64,000 nucleotides of DNA from the human T2T-CHM13v2.0 reference genome, Homo sapiens: the NCBI RefSeq assembly GCF_009914755.1, contig NC_060936.1; one strand, 5' to 3'. Shown here piece after piece: positions 1-16,272 of this stretch. The notes under the pieces were generated by a model. It was not told the origin of the DNA. It worked only from the letters and a program-made list of their open reading frames with translations, and searched no databases. Each line of letters begins with the position of its first letter. Within the stretch, counting starts at the first letter, position 1. The translations under genes and the position numbers were made by a program.

Positions 1-130
1 CTACTCAGGAGGCTGAAACAGGAGGGTCACCCGAGCTCGGGGAGGTTGAGACTGCAGTGAGCCGAGATCACGCCACTGCACTCAAGCCTGAGTGATAGAG
101 CGAGTCCCCATCTCAAAAATAAAATAAAAT
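1..130 (+). mobile_element. Alu right arm (AluJ-like), cut by window edge
   Basis: GAGGTTGAGACTGCAGTGAGCCGAGATCACGCCACTGCACTC then A-rich tail. Confidence 0.9.
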
Positions 131-567
131 ACTCCTTTGAAATTCCCTTGAGTTAGTAAGTAGGGATATGACTTCATATTAAGAAGGATTTGGAGGATGA
201 GAATGTGATTAAATGGTCTAGACGTAGGAAGATAAGTTAGGAGGCTAACCTCAGTCACACAAAATGGAACTGGTGAAGGAACCAAGGTCAAGATTAGGAT
301 GGTGATTGTGGAAATGGAAAGAGAAAATCAATTTCTACATCCACTGCCAAAGCTGGGAAGATGTAACAAGGGATTTACCCTATATAGGGCTAAAAATATG
401 ACAAACAGTGGGGACATTCTCCTATGATGGGGAGCGCTATTTTAGCACCATGGACAGCTCCCAGGTTATCAGGTATTCGTTCTGGGTGGTATGGAACCAT
501 TATTGCTGTCCGTGATGGTGCCTTTTAATAAAAAACATTAAGTAACATTTTTGAACATATAACTAGT

Positions 568-706
568 GAAAGCTTTACATACATTTATTAATTCTCATAA
601 CGAAACAGGCACGTAAAGATTACATAATGTCGCCCCCAAAATCATACAGATAACAAGTGGCAGAGCTAAGTCCTGAGTCCAGGTAGTCTGGGTTTAAAAC
701 CCACTA
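568..706 (-). mobile_element. MIR fragment
   Basis: Degenerate antisense MIR core (AAGTGGCAGAGC...CCAGGTAGTCTG). Confidence 0.55.
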
Positions 707-710
707 CGCC

Positions 711-1003
711 GGCCAGGCACAGTGGCATAATACCAGCAATTTGGGAGGCTGAGGCGGGTGGATCACCCGAGGTCAGGGGTTTGAGGCCAGCCTGACCAAC
801 TTGGTTAAAATCCATCTCTACTAAAAATACAAAAATTAGCTGGGCGTGGTGGCGGGTGCCTGTAATCCCAGCTGCTCAGGAGGCTGAGGCATGAATATCG
901 CTTGAACCCAGGAGGTGGAGGTTGCATTGAGCCAAGATCATGCCACTGCACTCCAGTCTGGGCAAGAGAATGAGACTCTGTCAAAAAAAAAAAAAAAAAA
1001 AAA
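711..1003 (+). mobile_element. AluS
   Basis: Dimeric Alu, A21 tail. Confidence 0.92.
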
Positions 1004-1319
1004 TTTACACCATACTGGAAAAGACACTGATGACAAACTATGATTATATAGTTATAAAGGCTATATCTTTCCAGCTTTGGCAGTAGATATAGACACTGTG
1101 TCTCCCTTTCCATTTCCAAAATCGCCATCCCAGTCTTGACCTTGGTTCTCTCATCAGTTCCATTTTGGTTACATTGGAACTAAGTTTTGAATGACAAATG
1201 GAATTTAACTACAGTCCAGATGGCCAATAGGCTACCTGAAGCCCTGTGTTGAGAAGGGTTCTGAGTTCTAATCTAGGCCCAACAAAAAGCCTCCTGTGAG
1301 CAGTTAGCAAATGTGATAG

Positions 1320-1500
1320 AGAGTGATAGGAGACCTCAGGCTAGGAAGGTAGGTAAGCCAAATAATAAAGGGTCTTGGATGTGAGGAAGGAAGTTTAGAC
1401 ATTTTTCCTAAAAGTTTTAAAAACCCACTGAAGAGTTTTAAGCAAGATATGGCATTAGGATGAGATTTGCATTTTTTAAAAAATAATCCTAATAATTTCA
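1320..1500 (-). mobile_element. L2 fragment
   Basis: CCACTGAAGAGTTTTAAGCAAG...GATTTGCATTTT resembles antisense L2. Confidence 0.6.
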
Positions 1501-2471
1501 CGGTAAAGATAACAGAGTAAACCATGATCACAGATTCTCCTTTTCCTAATACCTGATATAACGAAGAAAAACTGTAGCTCAGAAAGAGGACAACAAACTC
1601 ATCTGAGATAAGGTGAGATGGGGGCCAAGGAGACTTCATCCACACTATATAACAGTTACAAAAAGATCTGGTTGGAGCTGCCCATATGAAACAAGATTAA
1701 GATGAAAAGATGACCACGTACATGTGGTACAGTCAAAAAAGGGTGGAGTGGGGAGGAAGGAAGATAATGTATGCACTGTGAAGAAACCAGTATGGAAGAA
1801 AACATAAACCCATGAAACACATCCTCCAGGTAGTGCTTTGAACTATAAATGCCTCAGAATATGAACCTGGGTAAATAAGACCTCAAAATTGAGATGAAAA
1901 AATGACCGAGAGAGCAAAAAGTTGTCAGAGCTAAAGAAATGAATCAAAAACTGAAACAACACCATTATAGACCTAATATACAAATTAGAAATGCCAAATA
2001 ACAGGAAAGACATGATTGAAAATTGAATTAATGGATAGTAAAAGGTTTACGATAATCATGGTAAATGCATAATTTGCCACAGAGGGAGTAAAGTAATTAG
2101 GGAGAGGATAATAAGAGAACTAAGAGAAAATCAAACATAAGATTCTTGGTGTCCCTAATTGATGTAGATAATCCAATAAGTGTAACAAAATATGCATTTA
2201 GACACATAATACAGGAAGAGTTTTTCCAAAATGAAGAAAGAACTGAATCTGCAGAGGAAGATTTATACTGTATGCCAGACAAAAAGTACTTTAAACAGAC
2301 ATCAAAACATAGTCTGGTTAAGTTAACAATTTTCAAGGGAAAATAGTTATTTAGGTATCTAGGCAGAAAAGGCAAATCATCTATGAACGTGGGGGTGGGT
2401 GGGGATAGAATCAAAACAGATACGAACATGTCCAAAAAACCTCAAGCTAGAAGACAATGAAACAATGTCAT

Positions 2472-2691
2472 CAGCCTGGACAACACAGCTAGACTCTGGT
2501 CTCTACAAAAATATATTTTTTAAAATCAGCTAGGTGTGGTGGCACACGCCTGTAGTTCTTGCTACTTGGGAGGCTGAGGTGGAAGGATTGCTTGAACCCA
2601 GGAGGTTAAGGCTGCAGTGGGTCATGATCACGCCAGGGCACTCCAGCCTGGGTGACAGAGTGAGGCCCTGTCTCTAAAAACAAAACAAAAC

Positions 2692-2692
<1 letters not shown>
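2472..2692 (+). mobile_element. AluJ, 5'-truncated
   Basis: Starts at CAGCCTGGACAACA; full right arm. Confidence 0.88.

Positions 2693-2734
<42 letters not shown>
2693..2734. repeat. (CA)n microsatellite, about 21 units, in Alu tail
   Basis: Pure CA run. Confidence 0.97.
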
Positions 2735-2735
<1 letters not shown>

Positions 2736-3352
2736 ATCTACCTAGCTTGAAGAGAGAAAAAGTATGACCTAAAATGGTTACACATAGCCATCTGCAGGTA
2801 TTCTCAAGCATAAAAGAACTCACGGAGTAAAACACACGAGCCTTCTTGGGGAAAAAAAAATCCAGCCAATCAGGAGCAGGAGATGAATGAAAAAAAAAAA
2901 ATCAGGAACAGAAGACACCAAGGTAAAAGGTAAAAGTGCTGATGGTCAACAGTTCAGTATTTAAATAGAGAACTAAGATTAAACAACTGATGGAATTCTA
3001 GCAGTGGAATAAATTGAAAATGTTACAAATTCTGACAAAGTAAAAATAATAGAAAGATTTTTAAAATTAGGAGGTGAAGGAGAGTGAAAGGAAGTGTGAG
3101 TGCTAATTACTTCATCGTCTATCTGCAGAGAACCAATTGAGATCATCCAAAATTGAAACATAAAAGAAACACTCAAACTTCTTAATGATTTCTGCAGTTT
3201 TTTCTTAACCTCAGGCATATCTTAGTAACTTCTCCCATGATGGAGGAAAAAAAAGGGTTATCTGAAACTGAATTACTTCAGTTTAATTATTTTTTATTGT
3301 GTTAAAGTAAAACAAACTTAAATTCAGTAATTAAAATAACCTTGGTAGTCAT

Positions 3353-3356
<4 letters not shown>

Positions 3357-3403
<47 letters not shown>
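3357..3403. repeat. (CT)n microsatellite, about 20 pure units
   Basis: Pure CT run. Confidence 0.97.
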
Positions 3404-3405
<2 letters not shown>

Positions 3406-3439
3406 CTTCTACCTTTATATATAAATAGAGAGGCTTTTT

Positions 3440-3835
3440 GAATTATGTTAATACTCATTTCTGGGTGGTGAGATTTTGAGACGTGCTGCTTTTCTTTTTT
3501 GTACTTTTCCATATTGCTTAAAATTTTTTTTAAGGAACAGATATCATTTTTATTTAAAAATAATTACTTTTTAATGATAAATGAATATGGCTCCTAAGTA
3601 TAATTCAACATGGAAAGTCATCCATGATATATTGCTGAGTGAAAAGGTTGGTTTAAAATTTCATCTGTAGTATAATCTCATTTAGGTAAAACCTACATAT
3701 CATACATGCTTACGTGTTCATTAAAAAGTCTAGAAAGATGAACACCACAATGTTAACAGTATTTATTTCTAAAGTTGGTGTAGAGAATTGGGCTTATAAT
3801 TTCTCAGTATCATTTTCTAAACCTTTTTATTTAAA
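3440..3835 (+). mobile_element. L1ME-type 3' end fragments
   Basis: CATGGAAAG..CCATGATATATTGCTGAGTGAAAA, AATGTTAACAGT motifs. Confidence 0.55.
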
Positions 3836-3844
3836 AATAAAACA

Positions 3845-4192
<348 letters not shown>

Positions 4193-4197
4193 CAGAT

Positions 4198-4370
4198 GGC
4201 CAGGAATGGTGGCTCATGCATGTAATGTCAACACTTTGGAGGACTGTGGTGAGAGGATCACTTGAGGCCAGGAGTTTGAGACAAGGCTGGGCAACAGAGT
4301 GAGATCTTGTCTCTATAAAAAAATTGTTTTAATTAACCAGGTGTAGTGGTGTGTGCCTGTGGTCCCAGCT

Positions 4371-4372
<2 letters not shown>
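4198..4372 (+). mobile_element. AluJ, truncated in right arm at L1 junction
   Basis: Left arm, linker, ends at GGTCCCAGCTAC. Confidence 0.88.
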
Positions 4373-6990
<2,618 letters not shown>

Positions 6991-6997
6991 AATTTAA

Positions 6998-7154
6998 TTT
7001 TTTTTTTTAGCAACAGATCTCACTCTGTCACCCAAGCTGGAGCACAGTGGCATGATCATAGCTCACTGCAGTCTCAAGCGCTTGGCCTCAAGTGATCCTC
7101 CCACCTCAGCTCCCAAAGTGCTGGGATTACTGGCATGAGCCACTGTACCTGGAC
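6998..7154 (-). mobile_element. Alu monomer (FRAM/FAM-like)
   Basis: Single about 150 bp antisense monomer. Confidence 0.8.
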
Positions 7155-8009
7155 TTAATATTTGCACTATATTACATTATCTGATCATTTACCCATTACA
7201 TGATATCCTGTTTTAACACTCACATAGTCTTAATTTAAAAACAACTGTATTTCTAATTCTCACCACCAGTTTCTGTTGTGTGAATCTTATTCTCAAGTAG
7301 AATCCTCGGGAACTGTTAATAGGAACAATATTTCTTAAGTTCTTACTGTTGATAACAGTTTGTCTATTGATAACAGTCATCGAGTGCTTAAAAGTTTACA
7401 GAATAGAATGAAACAATTACCTTTTATTTAAAAGCCACTAAAAGATATTAAGAGAATGACAGAAGAGATGAAAAAAATTTACTGAATATAAAGTTCTTGG
7501 CTCACATGTTCTTTTTTCTTAAGTATCTTAAACATGTTAAGATATATTTATTGAGTATCTTAAATACATTAAATATGTTATTTAATTTTCTCATGAGGTA
7601 AATCATTGCTCTCAAAAATTCTGGTGTTGATATAATTTTTTTTCCCTCGCTGTTTCTGCTTAGATGCTCAAAGGAAATTTTTCTTCTTTAAAGCAGAGTA
7701 ATTTTATTGGAATATGTCTAAGTGCTGTCAGTTTCAGTATGATATTCTCCAGTGTGCAGCATGTTCATTCATATATAGCTTCAAATCTTTTTTTTTTACT
7801 TCAGGGAAAAATAATTTTTAATTTATAATTTTAGAATGCATTGTTTTCTTCCTTTGCTTTTTGTCTTCAGGGATTCCTGTTATCTCTATCTTGGATCATC
7901 TTCTATCTTGAATATCTGTCACTTTCTCTTGACAGATATTCCTGTCAGATAACAAAATTCCTGTCTTAATTTCTTTTTGACTTAAAAAAATCTGCCTTTT
8001 CACATTCTG

Positions 8010-8297
8010 TTCTTCTTTTTTCACTCTGTTGCCCAGGCTGGAGGGCAGTGGCATGATCTGGTCTCACTGCAACCTCCGCCTCCCAGGTTCAAGCAATTCT
8101 CCTGCCTCAACCACCTGAGTAGCTGTAGCTGGGACTACAGGAGTGCACCACCACACCCAGCTAATTTTCGTATTTTTAGTAGAGATGGGGTGTCACCATG
8201 TTGGCCAAGCTGGTCTCGAACTCCTGAGCTCAAGTGATTCACCCACCTCAGCCTCCCAAAGTGCTGGGATTACAAGTGTGAGCCAACACACGTGGCC
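8010..8297 (-). mobile_element. AluS
   Basis: Antisense dimer; TSD CACATTCT(G/A)TT. Confidence 0.9.
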
Positions 8298-8589
8298 CAC
8301 ATTCTATTTTTCTGTTGGATTTATTTGTCCTTAGTTTTCCCTTTAGTCTTCATTCACAAAGTTTAGTCTTCATTTCTTTTATTTCTAATTCTTTCTTGAA
8401 GTTTATCACCTCATTTAAAATTATTTTTTGTAATTTGATTTATGTTATTTTTCATATCTTCTGTTATTCTCTTAATATCTTTTAGTGACTTTTAAATAAA
8501 AGGTAATTGTTTTGATCTATTCTGTAGACATACCTTGCTGTGTGGTTTTGTCTGAATGGATGTTGTTTTGTTTCACATATCTTTTATTC

Positions 8590-8836
8590 ATTTTTCAGAG
8601 ACAAGGTCTTGCTGTGTCACCCAGGCTGGACTGCAGTGGTGCAATTATAGTTCATTGTCCCACCTCAGCATCCCTAGGACTACAGGCATGTGCCAACCAA
8701 TTTTTTTTAAATTTTTTGTACAGATGGGGTCTCACTATATTGCCCAGGCTGGTCTTGAACGTCTGGCCTCAAGTGATTCTTCCGCCTTGGCATCCCAAAG
8801 TGCTGGGATTACAGGCATGAGCCACCACACCCAGCC
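8590..8836 (-). mobile_element. AluJ with internal deletion
   Basis: Antisense Alu; TSD TCTTTTATTC. Confidence 0.88.
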
Positions 8837-10082
8837 TCTTTTATTCTTAAAATAACTTTGTGTGGGATTTGGTCTTGAGACTTTTTATTGCTTATTTTTT
8901 TATGTAAAACTCATTTTCCTGAAACCCGAGAAAGAAGTGTGACCGAAGGTAATATTTCTAACTTCATGGAACTCCCTTTTCTGATATTTTTATAAGAAGC
9001 TAAAAAATATACTGCAGCTTGTTTTCTGAGATTTCCTGGTCCCTTTCTTTTTACCACTTATATCTGTTCCCTCCCCCCGCCAACCCCCCCACCCCCCCCA
9101 CCCCACTTACCTCCACCCCTTCTCTACTGCCTACTTCCACAGTTTCTCTTCAAGGTAGAAACTTTCAGTATCCTGAAAGGGATCCCTGGCTGGTCAGTTT
9201 TAAGAGTTCTAGGAGCCGGACTGCTCCAGCTCCTTCAATGTTTTTACAGCAAACTCCTTCCACTCACCTGCTATTGGAGTTGGCAAACCTCTTCCCAGTT
9301 ACAAATGCTGTCCTCAGCTTGGCCTGCCATGCTTTCCAGTGAACGACTGTTGACTATTTGGGGATTCTCTTGTTCTCAGATCCATCAGAAGTCCCACAGA
9401 GAAAGCCCCTGTGCTTTCTCCTGCACAGATGTTAGTACCATGCAGGTCTTTGTGGATCTGGGAGTTTGCAGGGATATCTTCTCACCAAGTTTTGTTGTAA
9501 ATGTGTTCATGGGTTTTTGATTTGGCTGTCTAGTTGTTCTGTTTTTATTTGGGAATTCAAAGAAATTCCAAATACTACGCTGCAGCTATTATCTTCCCAG
9601 CTCACTTTATTTTAAAAATATTTTTACAGCAATCATGTTTCTCTGGGGGGAAAAGCAATAATATTTCCATTTTTGGAAAAAAAAGATGCACCTGGCCACA
9701 TTCTATTGGATGGCTTTGAGGGATTTAAACAGATACAATCAGCTGATATGAAGTAGCACAGCTGTACCATTGTCAAAATATTTAAATACTTTCATTCCAA
9801 CTAGAAAGTAGCCAGTGCTCCAACCCCCAATGCCTGTTTCTCAACTGTCCTTTCCCTAGGTCCCCCTGACTGAAGTAGAAGCTAAAGAGTCAATGTCTAT
9901 CACAAGGGGGGGTCCTGTGGGCTCCTGCTCCAGCTCAATGGCTGATTGGTCAAAGCCCATGCTGTAATGTTGGTTTAATACTTGGAATATCACCTCTGAG
10001 TAGACTCCATGAGATTTGGAGACAGTGTGGGGGAGGTGAAAGTGAGGGTTTACAGGCCTTCTGAATGGGCCTCAGCAGAATA

Positions 10083-10192
10083 TTTCAACCAACATTTATT
10101 AAGCACCTCCTGTATGCCAGGCACTATTCCAGGCAAAGAAGGTGCAAAGACAATAAGACAACGTTCTTGGCCTTGGGGCAACCACAGTCTAG
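10083..10192 (-). mobile_element. L2 3' end
   Basis: CATTTATTAAGCACCT.CTGTATGCCAGGCACT. Confidence 0.7.
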
Positions 10193-10956
10193 TGCTCTGT
10201 CTTTGGGGCTACTTATCCTCTGGAAGGATGCCAATTTCACTGAATTGCATTACAGAGCTCAGCCTCTGAGCAGAAATGAGAAAAGAAGAAAAGTGCGGAC
10301 CTAATGGCAAAGCTCTTACTGAAGCCATGACCTAAACAAGCTCAAATCTCTCTACCTTTGGAACAGTGACTGCTGTAAGAGGCCTGGCAGCTAATTAAAA
10401 CATGTGGTAAATAAGCCAAGCAAGGAACTCTCTGTCCTTGTACACAATGATTCGAGCGGTCTCCTTAGACACAAAAGCCTGTATCCTTATCTATGGAGCA
10501 AATCAACTATTAAACGATTCATGTTCTGTGTCCTCAGTGGACTGCAATGCTTTTTTTGAATGAGGAAAAAGAGACCTGGAAGGAAATCTGGTTGGAAACA
10601 CAGTGTTTGGCTAAATAATAACTGCAGTTTTTCTCATAAAAGATTTGTACCCTGAGGAGTGCAATGCATTTGAGGAGATGCTCTGATTTTTGTTTGCCCA
10701 GTTACTGGAAGCACAAATCACTCTGTAGAGGGTGGAGTGGAGGGGCTGGGATCAAATGGGACTAGCTGTTTACTGTCAGAGCCCAATGCCATAAGGGAAA
10801 AGTTACCTCAACACCCTTATTTCCCCAAAGTTAATAAATTCCAATTAACCACATTTATTAAGCAAATATGTATTAAGCACTTACTGTGTGTCAACTGTAG
10901 TCCCTGCTATAACCAAATTCCACCTTAACCATCAGGAAAATTAACATGCAGAAACC

Positions 10957-11246
10957 GGCTGGGTGTGGTGGCTCGTGCCTATAATTCCAGCACTTTGGGA
11001 GGCCAAGGCAGGAGGATTGCTTGAGTCCAGGAATTTGAGACTAGCCTGGGCAACAAATTGAGACCCCATTTCTGCAAAAAATAAAAAATTAGCCAGCTGT
11101 GGTGGCACGCACCTGTAGTCCTAGCTACTCGGAAGGTGAGATGGGAGGATGGCTTGAGCCTGGGAGGTTGCGGCTGCAGTGAGCTGTGATCATGCCACTG
11201 CACTCAGCCTCAGCAACAGCTCAGCCTTGCCTCTGTAAAGAGGTAT
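10957..11246 (+). mobile_element. AluJ
   Basis: Dimer, eroded 3' end; TSD AGAAACC. Confidence 0.9.
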
Positions 11247-11619
11247 AGAAACCCAGTGGTTCCCAAAGCTGAAGTAATGCTTAAACAGGAATCAGACGTA
11301 CATTATGAGTAGGACATTATTGTTTATACCTTCAGTTGTGACTTCCGAGAGACTGATCACAGTCAAGACAACTTGATTAGTCTGTAGGAGTTCATGGGGC
11401 ATTTGGGAACCCCTACCTCAGAGCAAGAAAAACAGGCCCTATAAATTATCATCTGACAAAATGAGAATGTTATATTGGCAACTGCTGTCATTAACTTCTA
11501 GTAATGTAGCAATTTTCAACGCAGGAAGGGAATGTATCAAAAACCTTGGTGGGAAGGCAAAGGAAAAATAAAAGGTGCTTTTTCAAATTACACGTCCCCT
11601 CTTAATAGATTTGTGTATG

Positions 11620-11835
11620 TTAGTGGTTAAGAGCACAGGTTTCGGAGTCAGACTGCTTAAATGCAAATCCTGGCTCTAATCCTTACTAGCTGTGTGACTC
11701 TGGTTAAATTAGATAGCTACTGCATGCCTCAGTTTTTGCATCTGTAAAATGGGAATGATGACATTCATGGTATCATACAACTGTTTTGAAGATGAGATGA
11801 GTTAACACATGTAAAGTAGTACTTAGAAAAGTGCC
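11620..11835 (+). mobile_element. MIR
   Basis: TAGTGGTTAAGAGCACAG...GCCTCAGTTT..CATCTGTAAAATGGG. Confidence 0.85.
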
Positions 11836-11840
11836 TCCCA

Positions 11841-12129
11841 GCTGGGCTTGATAACTCATACCTGTAAACCCAGCACTTTGGGAGGCCGAGGTGGGTGGAC
11901 TGCTGGAGTCCAAAAGTTCAAGGCCAGCCTGGACAACAAGGCTAAATCCCATCTCTACAAAAAGTATGAAAAATTAGCTGGGTGTGGTGCCATGCTCCCA
12001 GCTACTCGGGAGGCTGAGGAGGAAAGACAGATTGAATCCGGGCAGTGGAGGTTGCGGTGAGCCATGATCACACCACTGCACTCCAGCGTGGGCAACAGAG
12101 CAAAACTCTGTCTCAAAAAAGAAAAAAAA
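11841..12129 (+). mobile_element. AluJ
   Basis: TSD AAAAGTGCCTCCC. Confidence 0.9.
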
Positions 12130-12497
12130 GTGCCTCCCTCCCAGGTCTTGTCCCACTGCTGCCTCTTTCTGACCTACATCAACCATCTTAGTGAGTGTCC
12201 CAAATCTCAGACCCTGATAGAATCAAGAAGGGGAAGGAATCTTGGAGGCCAGCTGCTCTTATCCATTCAGGAATCCTCTCTCTGAAATCTTGGCCACATC
12301 ATCTTGAACGTACCCTAATGAGAAAGTTTCCTTCCCGCTAAAACACCCGTTACATCTCTGGACACTTGAAAGGTCTTCTTTGCATTAAGCTAGAGTCTGT
12401 TTCCCTGTTTCCTCTGCCTGTTGGAATCAGAGATAACAAGGTGATTCACATCCTTTTCAATGATGGAGGCCACAAAGGGTATGCATGAGGGCTGTAG

Positions 12498-12680
12498 GGA
12501 CAGCTTGCATGGATTGAACCTCAGCTTCACCATTTATCGGCTGTGTGATCCCAGGCAATGTAATCTCTCTATGCCTCAGATTCCTCATTTGCAAAATGGG
12601 CATCCCAATACTACCAATCTCCCAGGGTTGTTGTGAGGATCGAATGAGGTAACATATTTAGAGCTTGGTACCTAAGACTC
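12498..12680 (+). mobile_element. MIR
   Basis: GCCTCAGATTCCTCATTTGCAAAATGGG...GGGTTGTTGTGAGGAT. Confidence 0.75.
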
Positions 12681-12859
12681 AGTCCATTTTATCATGATGC
12701 TCATGCTGTGGATAGCCCCTCAGCATTTGCTTCTTCAGGCTACACATCCCTAATTCCTTCACTTGTTCCTCAACCAGTAATTCCCAACACACCTCACCCC
12801 TCTCCTTTGAGTAGCTCCAGTTGCCAGTGTTCTTATTTATTTCTTCATTTATTTATTTA

Positions 12860-13152
12860 TTCATTTTCTTTTTCTTTTTTTGATACAAGGTCTTGCTCTG
12901 CTGCCCAGGCTGGAGTGCAATGGCACAATCACAACTCACTGTAGCCTCGACCTTCCTGGGCTCAAGCCATGCTCCAACCTCAGCCTCCCGAGTAGCTGGG
13001 AGTGCAGGTGCACACCACCATGCCTGGCTAATTTTTGTATTTTTTGTAGAGATTGGGTTTCGCCGTGTTGCCCAGGCTGGTCTCAAAATCCTGGGCTCAA
13101 GTAATCTGAGTAATCTGCCCGACTCCGCCTCACAAAGTGCTGGGATTACAGA
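12860..13152 (-). mobile_element. AluJ
   Basis: Antisense dimer; internal 9-bp duplication AGTAATCTG. Confidence 0.9.
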
Positions 13153-13179
13153 CACCCCACCAGTGTTCCTCTTTAATTA

Positions 13180-13513
13180 TAGTCGTGTGCTGTGTAATGA
13201 CATTTTGGTCAACAACAGACTGCTTATACACAGTGGTCTCATAAGATTATAATACTGCATTTTTGCTGTACCTTTTCTATGTTTAGATACACTAATACCA
13301 TTGTGTACAATTGCCCACATATTCCGTACAGTAACATGCTGTACAAGTTTGTAACTTAGAGCAATAGGCTATACCATATAGCCTAGGTGGGTAGTAGGTG
13401 ATACCATCTAGGTAGGTTTATGTAAGTGCCCTCTATGATGTTGGCACAATGATGAAATAGCCTAATGACACATTTCTCAGAACATGTCCCACTTGTTAAG
13501 CAACACATGACCG
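13180..13513 (+). mobile_element. Tigger3a (MER7A-type) DNA transposon, near full length
   Basis: Terminal inverted repeats AGTCGTGTGC..TAATGAC / TTGTTAAGCAACACATGACCG; AGCAATAGGCTATACCATATAGCCTAGG core. Confidence 0.88.
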
Positions 13514-13735
13514 TTTATCCCCAGAACTGAGCCCAGGACTTCGGTGGGCTGTGGTCCACAAAGATCAAGATGTGCCATCCTCTCCCCAGCTTGGTTGTTT
13601 ATTCATTCATGTATTCATTCACAAATGATGTTAAGAGTCTATATGTTTATTAAGCGACCCTAAGAGAGAATTGGCTTTTTTTTAGTGCACTTATCATACT
13701 CTTGACTCAAAGTGAACTTGCAGTGGGCTAAAAGA

Positions 13736-13927
13736 AGGGTGAGTAAACTCTTCTGTAAAGGGGCAGATAGTAAATGTTTTAGGCTTTGCTGTTCATATGG
13801 TCCCTACTGCAACCACTCATCTCTGCTGTTGTCACACAAAGGCAGCCACAGACAAAATGTAAAACTTCATTTACAAAAATAGGCAACTGCCTGAATTTGG
13901 CTATGAGCCATAGTTTGTCGACTTCTG
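13736..13927 (+). mobile_element. MER58A (hAT-Charlie)
   Basis: TTCTGTAAAGGG.CAGATAGTAAAT.TTTTAGGCTTTG...CCATAGTTTG. Confidence 0.85.
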
Positions 13928-14264
13928 AACTAAAACATAACATAAATGTGTTATTTTTCCACCTCTCACCTACTGCCTCGTGTTTGCAGTTGGCGGTTGT
14001 TGTTTTAACAGAGTGCAAGTCCTTTCATTTATCTCTATTCAGCTTTATTTCATTGGTTTGCCCATTCCTCTACCCTGCTGAGATTTTCCTGAGCCCCGAT
14101 TGTGCCACTGACCAAAGTAACCCGTCTCTCTTAACCTTGTGTCATCATCTGCCAATGATAAATGTGCCTTTTTATATATTTATCCAGGTAATTGATTAAA
14201 ATTTTGAGCTGGAAAGATCTGAGCACAGAGCCTTAATTTTTGCGACAAGCAATGTCCCTCCTTG

Positions 14265-14556
14265 TAAATTCTGTATATTGTTCAGGACTCAGTCCAGTGC
14301 CACTTCTTCCAGGAAGCTATTCTTACAGCTGCTCTCCCTTCCCAAGCCACCCTGTCCAGTCTGAGGAGGGTGCCCTTTGAATGTAAGTCCATCCTACCTT
14401 CCACATACCTCTACCCTAGCACTACCACTGCCCTGGAATTATGCCTCCTCTGTTAGACTTTGTACTCTGTTCCAAATCATGGCACAGAGTAGGTGCTCAA
14501 CAAATGTTGCTAGAATTAATGAATAAAGGAATGAATGAATGAATGAATGAATGAAT
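14265..14556 (+). mobile_element. L2 3' end with (GAAT)n tail
   Basis: GCACAGAGTAGGTGCTCAACAAATG then GAAT repeats. Confidence 0.75.
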
Positions 14557-14617
14557 GTGTGGTTTCATGTATGGGTCCTGCTTAGCATCTTCCCTTCATC
14601 AAAAGTTACTTTTGGGG

Positions 14618-14910
14618 GGCTAGATGCAGTGATTCATACCTGTTATCCCAATACTTTTGGAGGCTGAGGAGGGAGAATCACTTGATGCCAGGAGTTTGAG
14701 ACCAACCTAGGCAACACAGCAAGACCCCATCTCTACAAAAAAGTTTTAAAAATAGCTAGGCGTGGTGGCAAGCACCTGTAGTCTTAGCTCCTTGGGAGGC
14801 TAAGACAGGAGGATCTCTTCACCCCAGGAGTTTGAGGTTACTGTGAGCTATGATTGCACTACCACACTTCTGCCTGGACAACAGTGTGAGACCCTATGTC
14901 AAAAAAAAAA
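14618..14910 (+). mobile_element. AluJ
   Basis: Diverged dimer; TSD about AAAA(G)TTACTT. Confidence 0.9.
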
Positions 14911-15610
14911 TTACTTCTTTCTTGTTGCCTTCCTTTGATCAGCAGCTTGGTTACTGGAATTTAATAAACTAACTGGAGAATGGTGTAAGTGCAAGATAAC
15001 AGCTCAATGTACCATCTCTATCTCTTCCCAGATTGCCTGGGAGGTTATGTTTTAGAAGAGTGTCCAATGTCCTTATCTCAAAAGTCTAAATAACATGGCA
15101 ATTTTAGGTGCTATAGGAAAGAGATTTTGGAAAGAAAGGTGAATACTTTATCATCCCCATCTAATCATACGGCACTGTGTTCTCCTTATTAGGCTTTTGC
15201 ATAAGAAAAACCTGAACACAGCTTCTCTGAAGAATATGTATAAATGTTTGTGGATTACAAATAATATTAATAAACACCATCTGCACCCCTTAGAGTGTTC
15301 CAGGCTTGTCCCCAGAGAGTCTCTAACAAAACAACTCTTAGTCTCATCTTTAAAACCAATATCATGCTGTTCAATTACCAGGAAATGCCTGTCTCAAAAT
15401 CCAGCCTCATCTTGAGAATAAACAACAATATATAAAGATAGAATTGGTGTTATATTGTTGTCATTGTTAATGAATTATTGAAAATTATTGAGGGTCTCAT
15501 TCACACTGGTATTGGGGTAGATGAATCCTGTACCCCGAAGTACTTGGAGTGACCTAACTCCTCTTTGGTTAGAAATTCAATAGGGAGTTTCCTTTGTCAC
15601 TAGTAGTTGA

Positions 15611-16272
<662 letters not shown>

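Larger units (their letters stand above)
1800..3190 (+). mobile_element. Ancient HAL1/L1M ORF1-like fragment, interrupted by Alu and (CA)n
   Basis: A-rich decayed ORF1-like sequence (AAGCTAGAAGACAATGAAACAATG, GAACTGAATCTGCAGA). Confidence 0.55.
7170..9600 (-). mobile_element. Ancient HAL1-like element, interrupted by two Alus
   Basis: T-rich antisense ORF1-like sequence (TTCAAATCTT..TTCAGGGAAAA, CTTCAGGGATTCCTGTTAT). Confidence 0.55.

Noticed and set aside
9758-9998. Possible hAT-Tip100-like MITE with imperfect inverted ends
   Set aside because: Terminal similarity too weak to call without an HMM search.
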